32,000 nt of DNA from Desulfotalea psychrophila LSv54 (GTDB lineage Bacteria; Desulfobacterota; Desulfobulbia; Desulfobulbales; Desulfocapsaceae). The position numbers and the translations under genes are program-made. Where the stretch lies: contig NC_006138.1 in assembly GCF_000025945.1 (NCBI RefSeq), positions 2,310,001 to 2,342,000 of the forward strand, read 5' to 3'. Below are positions 9,278 to 18,234 of this stretch, in pieces. Position 1 is the stretch's first letter, and each line of letters starts with the position of its first letter. The notes below the pieces were generated by a model. The model ran no database searches. It saw only the letters and a list, made by a program, of their open reading frames with translations, and was not told the origin of the DNA.

Positions 9278-10402
9278 GTGTTCATGAAAACATTCATCTG
9301 GGACAAAACATTTACAACAGGAATTAGCAAGATTGATGAACAACACCATCATATTGTCGAAGTTATAAATAAATTCGTCTTTGCCTTTAGCGAAAACACC
9401 ATAGATAAGGACTTCATCTTGCACGTCTCCAAAGAACTTATGGACTATGCGCAAAATCATTTTAAAACAGAAGAAAAGATCATGCTGGCCGAGAAGTTAG
9501 ATCCACTTTTCATTTCTCAACATATAGACACACACAATGCTTTTAGCCAACAAATAAAAATTTTTACCACCAATCCTGATTTTACAAACCATAATTTTTT
9601 TCGTCAAATACTAGCTTTTCTCATCCATTGGCTGGATGACCATATACTCAATATTGATCAAAGCATGGCCAGGCAGATAACCGCCATAAAAAACGGTATA
9701 TCTCCAGCACTCGCCTATCGACAGGAGCAAGAGCAGAACACACGGCACAACGAACCACTTCTGCTGGCACTCAACCAACTCTTTGAAACCGTCTCCCTGC
9801 GCAACAACGAACTCAGCCAACTGAACCGAAATCTGGAACAGCAGGTACAGGAGCGAACGACAGAACTGCGAAAGGCCAACAGAGACCTGGAAAAAATATC
9901 CCAAACCGATCCCCTCACGGAACTTGCCAATAGACGTTATGCCATGGATCAAATACACCTGCTCTGGGACAAGTCCAAAATCGCCTCCCACCCTCTCTGT
10001 TGTTTTATAATAGATGTGGATTGCTTTAAGGAGGTAAATGACACCTATGGCCACGATGCAGGCGATCTTGTCCTCAAAAATATTGCCAAGATACTGGTTG
10101 ACTCGGTCCGGGCCAGAGATATTGTCTGCCGACTTGGCGGGGATGAATTTTTTATCATCTGTCCCAGGACACCTCTTAAGGAGGGGATGGAAATTGCCAG
10201 GAGAATCAGGAAAAATGTATCTCAGACAAAAACAGTCTTTGGCAACAATTATTGGCAGGGCTCCGTCAGCATCGGGGTAGCCTGTAATAACGAAGAAATC
10301 AACAAGGTCAGCGATCTGCTTAAGGCAGCAGATGAAGGTGCTTATATGGCAAAAAACGATGGTAGAAACTGCGTCCGCTCAAAAATGATAAAAATACGAT
10401 GA
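9278..10402 (+). CDS. Bacteriohemerythrin-GGDEF diguanylate cyclase
   Basis: N-terminal hemerythrin motifs (DEQHHHIVEVINK, HFKTEEKIM, HIDTHNAF, HWLDDHI); coiled coil; 'RLGGDEFFII' GGDEF domain. Confidence 0.9.
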   Translation: MFMKTFIWDKTFTTGISKIDEQHHHIVEVINKFVFAFSENTIDKDFILHVSKELMDYAQNHFKTEEKIMLAEKLDPLFISQHIDTHNAFSQQIKIFTTNPDFTNHNFFRQILAFLIHWLDDHILNIDQSMARQITAIKNGISPALAYRQEQEQNTRHNEPLLLALNQLFETVSLRNNELSQLNRNLEQQVQERTTELRKANRDLEKISQTDPLTELANRRYAMDQIHLLWDKSKIASHPLCCFIIDVDCFKEVNDTYGHDAGDLVLKNIAKILVDSVRARDIVCRLGGDEFFIICPRTPLKEGMEIARRIRKNVSQTKTVFGNNYWQGSVSIGVACNNEEINKVSDLLKAADEGAYMAKNDGRNCVRSKMIKIR

Positions 10403-10488
10403 ACCCTGCTAAAAAGCTCGCCATATTAGCTCGAATTGGCTATCAAATAGGCAGATCGATAAGTAGCAGAATATGCATCCGGCTCGTG

Positions 10489-10582
10489 GTTGTGACGCAA
10501 TTTGTTATTTAGCAAACTGCTCGTTTTATATGTGCGATAACGTGCAGTTCGGTGCTTTTTGAAAATCCGATTGTTTTGCAAT
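10489..10582 (-). repeat. Dispersed repeat, copy 5
   Basis: Reverse complement: 'AACAATCGGATTTTCAAAAAGCACCGAACTGCACGTTATCGCAC...TTTGCTAAATAACAAATTGCGTCACAACC'. Confidence 0.75.
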
Positions 10583-10752
10583 TGAGCCGTTTTATAGCCT
10601 TGTTCGCAAATTCAGATTATGCCGTTCAATGCGTTGCCATAGCTTCCTCACAAGATGCTTTTCCCCAGGCAACTCAGCATAGCTCCCATGCGTACCATAG
10701 CCACTGTTGGATATTCCTGTTACCAACACGACCACACTACACCTACAACTGG

Positions 10753-11973
10753 TTATAGTTGTTCGTTTTCCCCAGATACATCCTCCTTCTCACCCGCCTC
10801 GTGCATTGCCTCAATAGCTCTCTCCACACTTTTGCGGACAGGGTCCACCGTCAGATAGGCATAGTGTGCCGTGGCCTGCTCTGACTTATGTCCCAGGGAA
10901 GCACCAATTATCTTTGTACTCGATCCTGATATTGCCTGCCAACTCCCCAATGTCCTGCGGATATCATGAAAACGATAACTTGTTGGTAATTCGGCATCTG
11001 CTAAGAATTTTTTCCATAGTCGCCGGGGTTCATTTATATGTCCTGTCTTACTTTTATGAGAGATAAAAACAAAGTCACCACCATACCTCTCCTTTCTCTT
11101 CGCAAGAATAGTGATAGCCTGACTGGCCAGAGGGATAACCATCGGCTCTGCATTTTTACTCTTATCAGCGGGTATAATCCATAACTGAGTTTTCAGGTCA
11201 ATTTCAGACCAGCGCATAGATCGAATATTTGCTTGACGAGCACCAGTATAAAGAGAGAGCAGGAGGTAATCTCGTAGGAGCTCATCTGTTGCTTCATGGT
11301 CAAGGCGGCTGAAGAATTGCTTTAAATGGTCCGAACCTAAAAACTCCGTTCGTTTTTTTTCCTTATACCGTTGCACCTTGCTGCATGGATTATCGATATT
11401 TGCAGCAGCCTTTCCAAAAATGGAGGAGAGTGTAACAAAAGCTCTATGTGCCATAGCGGTTGACAGACAGTCATTTCCTCGCTGTTTCTTCTGTTTAAGA
11501 AGAGCATTTCTCCAGGTCAGAATCACATCGGGAGTAATTTCACTAAGCTTTTTTTTCCCTAACCGTCGTTTTATATAAAGCTCATAGCGTCTCACCTCTT
11601 CAGGCCATCTCTTGATATTCAGCTTTGCATGGGTATTAAGCCAAATGTCAAAAACATCGTCGAGTGACTGCTCGGCCCGTTCCTGCTTTTTTCTCTCCTG
11701 TACATCAATACCTTTGGCAATATCCGACACTCGGGCAACCACAATGTCTCTGGCGTCGTTGATGGAAAGTTCAGGAAATTCACCCAAGTTTTCTTGCACC
11801 TCTTTTTTCTTGGAAGTGTCCCAGATACGAGCCCTCAATATCTTGCGGCCGTTTGCCTTCACTCTCAACATCAAACCCTTCATACCTGTGTCGAAAAAAT
11901 GAATATCCTTGCCCGTGGTATTCTGTATTTTTACCAATCTCGTCTTAGTAAAGTTAAATTTATTATCACTCAT
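10753..11973 (-). CDS. int: Tyrosine recombinase / phage-type integrase
   Basis: 406 aa; catalytic R in 'TGARQANI', 'HDIRRTLGSW', 'LGHKSEQATAHYAYL'; P4-type integrase N-terminal region. Confidence 0.93.
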   Translation of the reverse strand: MSDNKFNFTKTRLVKIQNTTGKDIHFFDTGMKGLMLRVKANGRKILRARIWDTSKKKEVQENLGEFPELSINDARDIVVARVSDIAKGIDVQERKKQERAEQSLDDVFDIWLNTHAKLNIKRWPEEVRRYELYIKRRLGKKKLSEITPDVILTWRNALLKQKKQRGNDCLSTAMAHRAFVTLSSIFGKAAANIDNPCSKVQRYKEKKRTEFLGSDHLKQFFSRLDHEATDELLRDYLLLSLYTGARQANIRSMRWSEIDLKTQLWIIPADKSKNAEPMVIPLASQAITILAKRKERYGGDFVFISHKSKTGHINEPRRLWKKFLADAELPTSYRFHDIRRTLGSWQAISGSSTKIIGASLGHKSEQATAHYAYLTVDPVRKSVERAIEAMHEAGEKEDVSGENEQL

Positions 11974-12193
11974 CTTGGCATCACCTCTCTTAAAATCATA
12001 CCCAAATTACGGCCCAACCTAACTAGGCGTAGTCTTTAAATGTGGGACGGCTGTGGGACGGTAATGGGACGGTAAACGCCATTATTTTCCATTATTCCCC
12101 GTGTCCAATCGTGATAACAATAAGAGGGTTTTGCTTCCATGTCAATGTAATTGCGTCATAAAATTATCTGCGGTGATTTTGCGTGATTGCCTA

Positions 12194-12246
12194 GCGACTC
12201 CCTCGTAAAGCGTAGGCCAGCGGTTCGATCCCGCTTGTTGGCTCCA
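12194..12246 (+). tRNA. Partial tRNA-Thr(CGU)-like 3' half, probable attachment site
   Basis: 'CTCGTAA' anticodon loop; T arm AGCGG-TTCGATC-CCGCT; 'TGTTGGC TCCA' acceptor 3' strand. No 5' half upstream; lies ~220 bp from the integrase start. Confidence 0.65.
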
Positions 12247-12254
12247 AGAAATGC

Positions 12255-12292
12255 AAGGACTTAAGAGATATTCTCTTAGGTCCTTTTTTTTT
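12255..12292 (+). terminator. Rho-independent terminator downstream of the tRNA fragment
   Basis: AAGGACttAAGAG-atatt-CTCTTagGTCCTT followed by a T run. Confidence 0.75.
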
Positions 12293-12688
12293 CCAGTTGA
12301 CTACATTTTTTAGAGCCTTATTTCCTTCCTATTATTTTTACTCGGTTTTATTTTCTAAACAAGCATTCCATTACTTCATTATGGCATTGCTTTTGTTCAA
12401 CCTCAAGCCCCAATATATTACTCCATTTCCCATGCCCTTGTCCTTCCTATCAGTTCTTGAATCTTTTTTAAGAAGATAAGCTGTTACATGGATAAGATGA
12501 CATTCTCAATACTTATCTGTTATAAGTATTTTACCGACTGCGTTGATGGAAGGAAAGACTTTCCAGAGGCGATATAAGTTGTTTTCCCATGATCTGAAAA
12601 TACTGCTTTACTTAGTATTTCAAAGCCTTAACTTTAGTTCCGTTAATAAGAAGGGATATTATAAAACTTGGCTCATGCTCGACTTGGT

Positions 12689-13191
12689 TTATGACGCTGG
12701 CTCTCGACAAGTCGATGGAAGCCATTCTAGTTTGAATGGTTGCACATTATTTGGTCCGCAGGTCCAGGTGATACTGCCTTCAGAGGTGGCATCACCTTCC
12801 ATTCTAATTTGACTGTGTTTATTACCGTCAATACGGAAATAGACATCCTTTTGTAACTTGGCCTCTATACGTACTTTCGGGCAGCCGGCTTTGACATTAC
12901 AGACCTCTCCCTTAACCTTCCTAACCCTAAGCCTTCGGATAGTGGGTGTTGTCTGAGTTAACAATATTTAAAGTCCGCGCGCTCAGCACCGTTGACGGGA
13001 AAGCGGTTATGTTCGGCATAAAACACGCTCAAATCATTTTTAGCCTTAGCAACTTCGGCTAACGGCTCTGTGACCTTAGCCCGAATGACATAGTCGCGAA
13101 GCAAAGGGAATGCGATGGCGGAGAGAATGCCGATGATTGCCACGACGATCATGATTTCGATCAGGGTGAATCCCTTTTGGGGTTGTTTCAT
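12689..13191 (-). pseudogene. Type IV pilin-like protein split by a frameshift
   Basis: N-part (12958..13191) '[34 protein letters not shown]' ends at TAA. C-part (12689..12964, other frame) ends 'ITWTCGPNNVQPFKLEWLPSTCRE', typical of a pilin C-terminus. Confidence 0.75.
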
Positions 13192-13322
13192 CTCGGTTAT
13201 CCTTGCTTTCTTTAGCTATCTCTTTGATAGAAGTATTCTTTTAGCCTATAGAATCATTCTTATAAAGGCAATGAAAAAAAATTCCCCTCAGTCGTATATC
13301 TATCCTTAGTTGTATGATTTAT

Positions 13323-13420
13323 CCTTTCAAAAGATGATCCATCATCAGGTTATGACGGATTTCAAGTTTGGTGTCGAGGTCTTTGCCTGAGGTTTTACTC
13401 TCTTCACGCTGCCTGCCCCC
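13323..13420 (+). repeat. Direct repeat A flanking the membrane-protein gene
   Basis: 'GATGATCCATCATCAGGTTATGACGGATTTCAAGTTTG...TCTTCACGCTGCCTGCCCC' nearly identical to 14205..14301. Confidence 0.85.
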
Positions 13421-13560
13421 CTTCCCTGCCAGTTCACTTTCTCCACAGAATCACGACAAACCGATGAAGACCTGCAGAGACCATGCTGACAAATTCATAC
13501 AGACTATGTATGTTCACCGTGAAGCTGTTGATCTTATTCACGAAAAAAAATGGAGCAGGC

Positions 13561-14196
13561 ATGGCAGAGAAAGTGAAAGCATTTTGGCAAAAGCATGGCA
13601 CCGTCACAGCTTGTTTCGTAAATCTTGCTGTTATTATTGGGGTAATTTGTGCCACATTCACAAGCTCACCCGAAATACGTAGAGATATACTGGGAAGTTT
13701 CTCAGATCTGGGAACATGGATGGCAGGAGTTGGGACTATTGGGCTTTTAGTTGTTGCACTAAAAACAATAAATGACTGGAAAAAAAAACTACGTCATGAC
13801 ACTCTTTTTCAATGTATTGTCAAAATAAAATATGCCATAAGAGAATTAAAAATTCACAGTAAAATAATGACTGACACAGGATCTCCAGTCTTTAAATTTT
13901 CTTACGCACAATTCTACGAAACTCAACACAGCCATTTTCTTGCCCAAAAAAAACACTTCATTTCAATCAAAAAAAATATAGTGAAATTAGACATTATCTT
14001 ACAAAAAGAGGACCAGTCCATTGTCGAACTTGTTTCCATGGCAGAAAGCATGTATTCAGGTATCAGTTCCTTATTGCTAAATACTCCTAAAGAAATGCCA
14101 GACGAAACTCTAGCGTTTCATATGGAAAATTTTATCAATTCATATCCAAGCCTACTTGCTATAATTGAAGAAAGTATAAATAGTGATCTATTATAA
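13561..14196 (+). CDS. Hypothetical membrane protein, two predicted TM segments
   Basis: ORF track 13483..14196; ATG at 13561 (MAEKVKAFW) is the more plausible start. Hydrophobic segments 'VTACFVNLAVIIGVICATF' and 'WMAGVGTIGLLVVAL'. Confidence 0.6.
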   Translation: MAEKVKAFWQKHGTVTACFVNLAVIIGVICATFTSSPEIRRDILGSFSDLGTWMAGVGTIGLLVVALKTINDWKKKLRHDTLFQCIVKIKYAIRELKIHSKIMTDTGSPVFKFSYAQFYETQHSHFLAQKKHFISIKKNIVKLDIILQKEDQSIVELVSMAESMYSGISSLLLNTPKEMPDETLAFHMENFINSYPSLLAIIEESINSDLL

Positions 14197-14204
14197 CACT
14201 CACC

Positions 14205-14301
14205 CCTTCAAGAGATGATCCATCATCAGGTTATGGCGGATTTCAAGTTTGCTGCCGAGGTCTTTGCTTGAGGTTTTGCTCTCTTCAAGCTGCCTGCCCC
14301 T
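14205..14301 (+). repeat. Direct repeat B flanking the membrane-protein gene
   Basis: Same orientation as 13323..13420, about 90% identical by eye. Confidence 0.85.
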
Positions 14302-14399
14302 TTCCAAACGAAAGATATACCAGGACCTGGTCTTAGGTTATATTTTCATATGCAGAGAGATTGTAATAAATATCAAAGACGGATCTTGAGGGAATGATG

Positions 14400-14549
14400 A
14401 TGAACAAAAATATAGAACTATACGGGGTGAAGGTCGTTGCCCGACCTAAGATCAAGGCAGAGAAAAACCTCAATTTATCAGGGGGAAGCGGCAAACAGAT
14501 CGTAAAATCGGAAACAAAATTAGTTTTAAGAACACATAGGGCCTGTTAA
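14400..14549 (+). pseudogene. Second copy of the Doc-associated antitoxin-like gene, 3' frameshifted, no toxin downstream
   Basis: 'MNKNIELYGVKVVARPKIKAEKNLNLSGGSGKQIVKSETKLVLRTHRAC' vs the copy at 7086; DNA continues as '...ttggctgatatgtaa' out of frame (net 2-bp loss). Confidence 0.6.
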
Positions 14550-14900
14550 AAAATTGGCTGATATGTAAAAGAGAATAACATCTAAGTGCACTCAAGCTCA
14601 TCCTGATCATCCTCCTTGCCAAGCAAGGATACCCCTCTCTTTCCTCTCACGGACAGTGCTCTGGCATGGAGAATAGCCTTTTCTCTTCAATGCCCTAGCA
14701 TCTACCCTCACCTTCATAAATTGCTGTCTAAGCACATCTCCTACTCTTTGTTAGATACCACATAGTGGTACTCTGGAAAACGCCGCTCCTTGGCATCCCT
14801 GCCACCGCAGCATACCTCCCATCCATGGGCATAAAAACATAAAGAAAAAAGGTGGTTGCCATGTCCTAACAACTGCTGTACAAATTGTTTTAGCTGTTAA

Positions 14901-15233
14901 GATTGTGCTCTTAGAGGGGGGGGCGACTCTTCCCTCGCCCAACGGACCGACACCTTCAACATCGATGGACGAAAAGTTAAGGTAAGCTATCGCCAGACAG
15001 GCAGCACAATCAAAACCAAAGGTTTCATTAAGGGTGGTGCCCCCTGCAAGCAACTCAACGTCGACATCTTCTTGGACAACAGCAAAAAGGAAGACACTGC
15101 CCACACCGAGACAACGATCCGCCACTACAAACCCAAAGGCCGCAACTTCTCAGCAGAAAGAGAAACCTACCTGCATAAAAAATACCGCTCCGGCTGGTAC
15201 GTCAGCAACATCTATTTGCAGTGTATGAAGTAG
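14901..15233 (+). pseudogene. 5'-truncated ORF fragment, function unknown
   Basis: Open frame without start: 'FNIDGRKVKVSYRQTGSTIKTKGFIKGGAPCKQLNVDIFLDNSKKEDTAHTETTIRHYKPKGRNFSAERETYLHKKYRSGWYVSNIYLQCMK'. Its 5' end has an 8-G homopolymer. Confidence 0.4.
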
Positions 15234-15465
15234 CACGCTAGGAAAGAAAATCGCCTAGCGGAAGGGGTTTCCCCTTCCGCTAGCATAACAATGCAATATT
15301 AGTAACAGGCCAGGATCTTTTACAAAATATAGATTACGCTGGGCACAACTTGCCTTGGGTCAAAACCCACAAAACCTAGCAGTTTATCCGCATAGGTACA
15401 TAAACATTGACAGAACAACCCACTATGGGTAACTACTTGACTGGAGCAAATTAAAGACATATCCT

Positions 15466-15843
15466 ATGAACAACCTAAAAAAATTTTGTGCTATCTGCTC
15501 CGAGGAACCAAAAAAAGTAGCAATAAACAGACAAGTTTCTTCAGACGCAAGTAACATATTAGGATTGCACACAAAAGAAGCAATAAAAGCCTTTGTTGGT
15601 GATGGTGGCATCGAAACACCAACATACATCAACTCTAAAATTTGGGAAAAAAACCCAAACCCAGAGAACAAAATGACTGTTTATGCTTACAGTTTCACTT
15701 CTTTGCACGAACAATTATATTTGGCTTTTTTCCACAATTACCTAACTGGTTTCTGGGTACTAAAATCATTGCATAAAACTAACAATCCCAACCCTACGCT
15801 TGGAAGTATATTTGATCAGAAAATGTTAAACCAAAACTTTTAA
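15466..15843 (+). CDS. Hypothetical protein, first gene of a three-gene cluster
   Basis: 125-aa ORF, same strand, 17 bp before the next gene. Confidence 0.55.
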   Translation: MNNLKKFCAICSEEPKKVAINRQVSSDASNILGLHTKEAIKAFVGDGGIETPTYINSKIWEKNPNPENKMTVYAYSFTSLHEQLYLAFFHNYLTGFWVLKSLHKTNNPNPTLGSIFDQKMLNQNF

Positions 15844-15860
15844 GATCAGGAGAAATAGCT

Positions 15861-16481
15861 ATGACACAACTTACATGCCCCGCTTGCGGTTCTCATAACA
15901 TTACTCAACAAAAAGAAATAAAAAAAATATTCACCGATCACCTAGATAAAGAAACACATATAGAGACACTCTACGAAGAATGTCAAGAATGTGGAATGGA
16001 CGGAGAATTTTCTATAGATAATGATGAAATAATAAACAATGCCCTGGCTGATACTAGATCAGAAACTATATCTAAAATACTCACTGAACTATCAAATCAC
16101 CATAGCTTAGCTGGGATAGAAAGATCTCTTGATCTACCACAACGCACACTTAGCAAATGGAAAAACGGGACCAAGCCAACTCGATCCGGCACAACACTTG
16201 TAAAGTTAATTGCCATATTCCCTTGGTTAATTAAAATTGCACAAAGCAAATATAATCCTGAAAAAATGGCTGCAATATTTGGTCATGCTTGCGTCGATTA
16301 CCACCTAAATATGTCCAATGACAAACCTCCTTTCAATTCATTAAATTTTATTGGGGTTCAACAAAACAATATAAATATTAGCTTTACTGTTAATATTCAT
16401 AACGATTCAACAACACCAAAAGAATCAAAAAGAATCAACCAAACACAATCTGAACTTACTGTAAAAAGTTCTTTATCATAA
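15861..16481 (+). CDS. Zinc-ribbon + HTH protein (MqsA/YgiT-like architecture)
   Basis: 'CPACGSHN...CQECGMDGEF' CxxC pairs, then HTH-like 'LAGIERSLDLPQRTLSKWKNGTKPTRSG'. Confidence 0.6.
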   Translation: MTQLTCPACGSHNITQQKEIKKIFTDHLDKETHIETLYEECQECGMDGEFSIDNDEIINNALADTRSETISKILTELSNHHSLAGIERSLDLPQRTLSKWKNGTKPTRSGTTLVKLIAIFPWLIKIAQSKYNPEKMAAIFGHACVDYHLNMSNDKPPFNSLNFIGVQQNNINISFTVNIHNDSTTPKESKRINQTQSELTVKSSLS

Positions 16482-16495
16482 AAAACAAGATTACT

Positions 16496-16936
16496 ATGAA
16501 AATCACAGATTTTATTATTTGCGAAGATATTCGCCATGAAGTAGGAGATCAATATTCCTTAATGGGAATACTAGAAACCCCCATGGTATTCTCCCAAGAA
16601 GAAAATGGAGAAAATTGGCCAAGAAGAATTGTCTTTTGCATGATGGTTAGAGTGCAAATTCCTCAAAATGGAATATATGAAAGCGTATCTTCATTATCTG
16701 TAACAATAAAAATAAATAAAGAAGAGACCCTCATTGGCAAACAAGAAATAGAAACTGAAAAGCTTTCAAGTAAAGATTCTTTTATCAGTTCTAGCGCCTA
16801 TGCAAAGATCAACAATATAGAAGCAAAAGGGCCTGGGCAATTAAGCGTCATTATAAGACTATACAATAGCAATAATGAATTACTAGAAGAACAGGAATCT
16901 CCAAGAAGCTTCCGCATTGAATTGGCAGAAAAATAA
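16496..16936 (+). CDS. Hypothetical protein (DUF6941-like)
   Basis: 146-aa ORF with 'ICEDIRHEVGDQYSLMGILETP' start; 14 bp after the preceding gene. Confidence 0.5.
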   Translation: MKITDFIICEDIRHEVGDQYSLMGILETPMVFSQEENGENWPRRIVFCMMVRVQIPQNGIYESVSSLSVTIKINKEETLIGKQEIETEKLSSKDSFISSSAYAKINNIEAKGPGQLSVIIRLYNSNNELLEEQESPRSFRIELAEK

Positions 16937-17299
16937 TAAGAAAAGCTAGTTGGGGTCTTTATTGAGATCCCAACTATCTAAATAAAAGCTAAAGTTTTTT
17001 TTAGTAAAAACAAATAATAATCCAGAGCCTTATTAAAAACGGAAAAAAACAAAACTGCACAAATACATACAGAGAAAATTCAAGATACTAGCAGTCCCTG
17101 CAACAAATACCTCGCGGCCAATGTGCTTACGCTCTGAAAGAGGATCTCATGAAAAATGCACCTTGTCTCTCACCTTTTTTTCCTGTATATCTAGATAAAT
17201 ATAAATTTTTTATATGTAAAAAAAGATGGCAAATGCCTGATTCTCTTTGAGAGGTTTTTCTCATTTTTTCATGATAGACGGATAAAATATTACCGATAG

Positions 17300-18130
17300 G
17301 TGATATCCGTAGATTTTCCCCATCTTACGCCAATGTCAAAGCTTATGAGCAAGGTATCACCGTTAGAAACGATAAAAAAAATCCTATTTTTCGATACATT
17401 CCCTTTTCTTTGTCGGTTAATTGCAACCACTCTAATTTTATTGGCTTTTTATTCTATTGGAATCCCGCCAGAAAAGGATTTGAATCCATCAGCAATAATG
17501 CTGCTGGTTTTTTCAGCATTTTTCTTCCTTTTGCCAATCGCGAAAAAAATGAGCATTGGCAGGTTGCTTACCTATGAAAAACAAGTCGAAAAAGTCAAAA
17601 CAGAGGTAAGTGAATTTAAAACTGAGACAAGAGAGTTTCTCGGTATTTATAGTAACATGATCACCGCCATTTCGAATACCGTAAATCAAACTGTTAATGT
17701 TAATCTTCCAGGTCAAGCTGAGGCACAGCAAGCGAAAGAAGACCTTGATGCCTCTATTGAAAAACCAGAAGAGGCATCCACTATTGAAAAAAGTGTTTCC
17801 ACTTTTATCAGGGAGGCAGACGGAGACTTCAATTTTGCGCTTGCGAAACTTCGCATGGAAATTGAAAAATCTTTGCGTGAAGCTCTCAGAAAACGAACTA
17901 TTACAGCTGACCCACATGCAATGAAAGGGACGTTCCTATCTGCTAGACAGCTATTTAGGCAATTCACGATCCAATACCCAAAGTACGAAAATATGCGTAG
18001 CTCTTTCGATTACATTCTGAAGGTTTGTAATGCGGCAATACATGGACAGCAAGTGTCAGAGAGGTATGCCCATGAGGCAATTTATATGGGCACAAGAATG
18101 TTGAAAGAGATAAAAAGTGCCAGCGAGTAG
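17300..18130 (+). CDS. Hypothetical membrane-anchored coiled-coil protein
   Basis: Two hydrophobic segments (LIATTLILLAFYSIGI, AIMLLVFSAFFFLLPIA), then a long charged helical region. Confidence 0.6.
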   Translation: MISVDFPHLTPMSKLMSKVSPLETIKKILFFDTFPFLCRLIATTLILLAFYSIGIPPEKDLNPSAIMLLVFSAFFFLLPIAKKMSIGRLLTYEKQVEKVKTEVSEFKTETREFLGIYSNMITAISNTVNQTVNVNLPGQAEAQQAKEDLDASIEKPEEASTIEKSVSTFIREADGDFNFALAKLRMEIEKSLREALRKRTITADPHAMKGTFLSARQLFRQFTIQYPKYENMRSSFDYILKVCNAAIHGQQVSERYAHEAIYMGTRMLKEIKSASE

Positions 18131-18234
18131 AAGTTTTAACAAGCGAAAGCACGCGGATCAATTTTTCGCTGTGTGCCCAATTTGCCCAGTGGTGCCGGTG
18201 CTCGACCTAAAAGTATCATATTTCAGGAGCAGTT

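Noticed and set aside
12297-12812. ORFs 12297..12479 and 12543..12812
   Set aside because: The second is antisense to the pilin C-terminus; neither shows a recognisable family.
14751-15125. 124-aa minus-strand ORF
   Set aside because: Overlaps a more plausible plus-strand coding-like fragment and has no recognisable domain.
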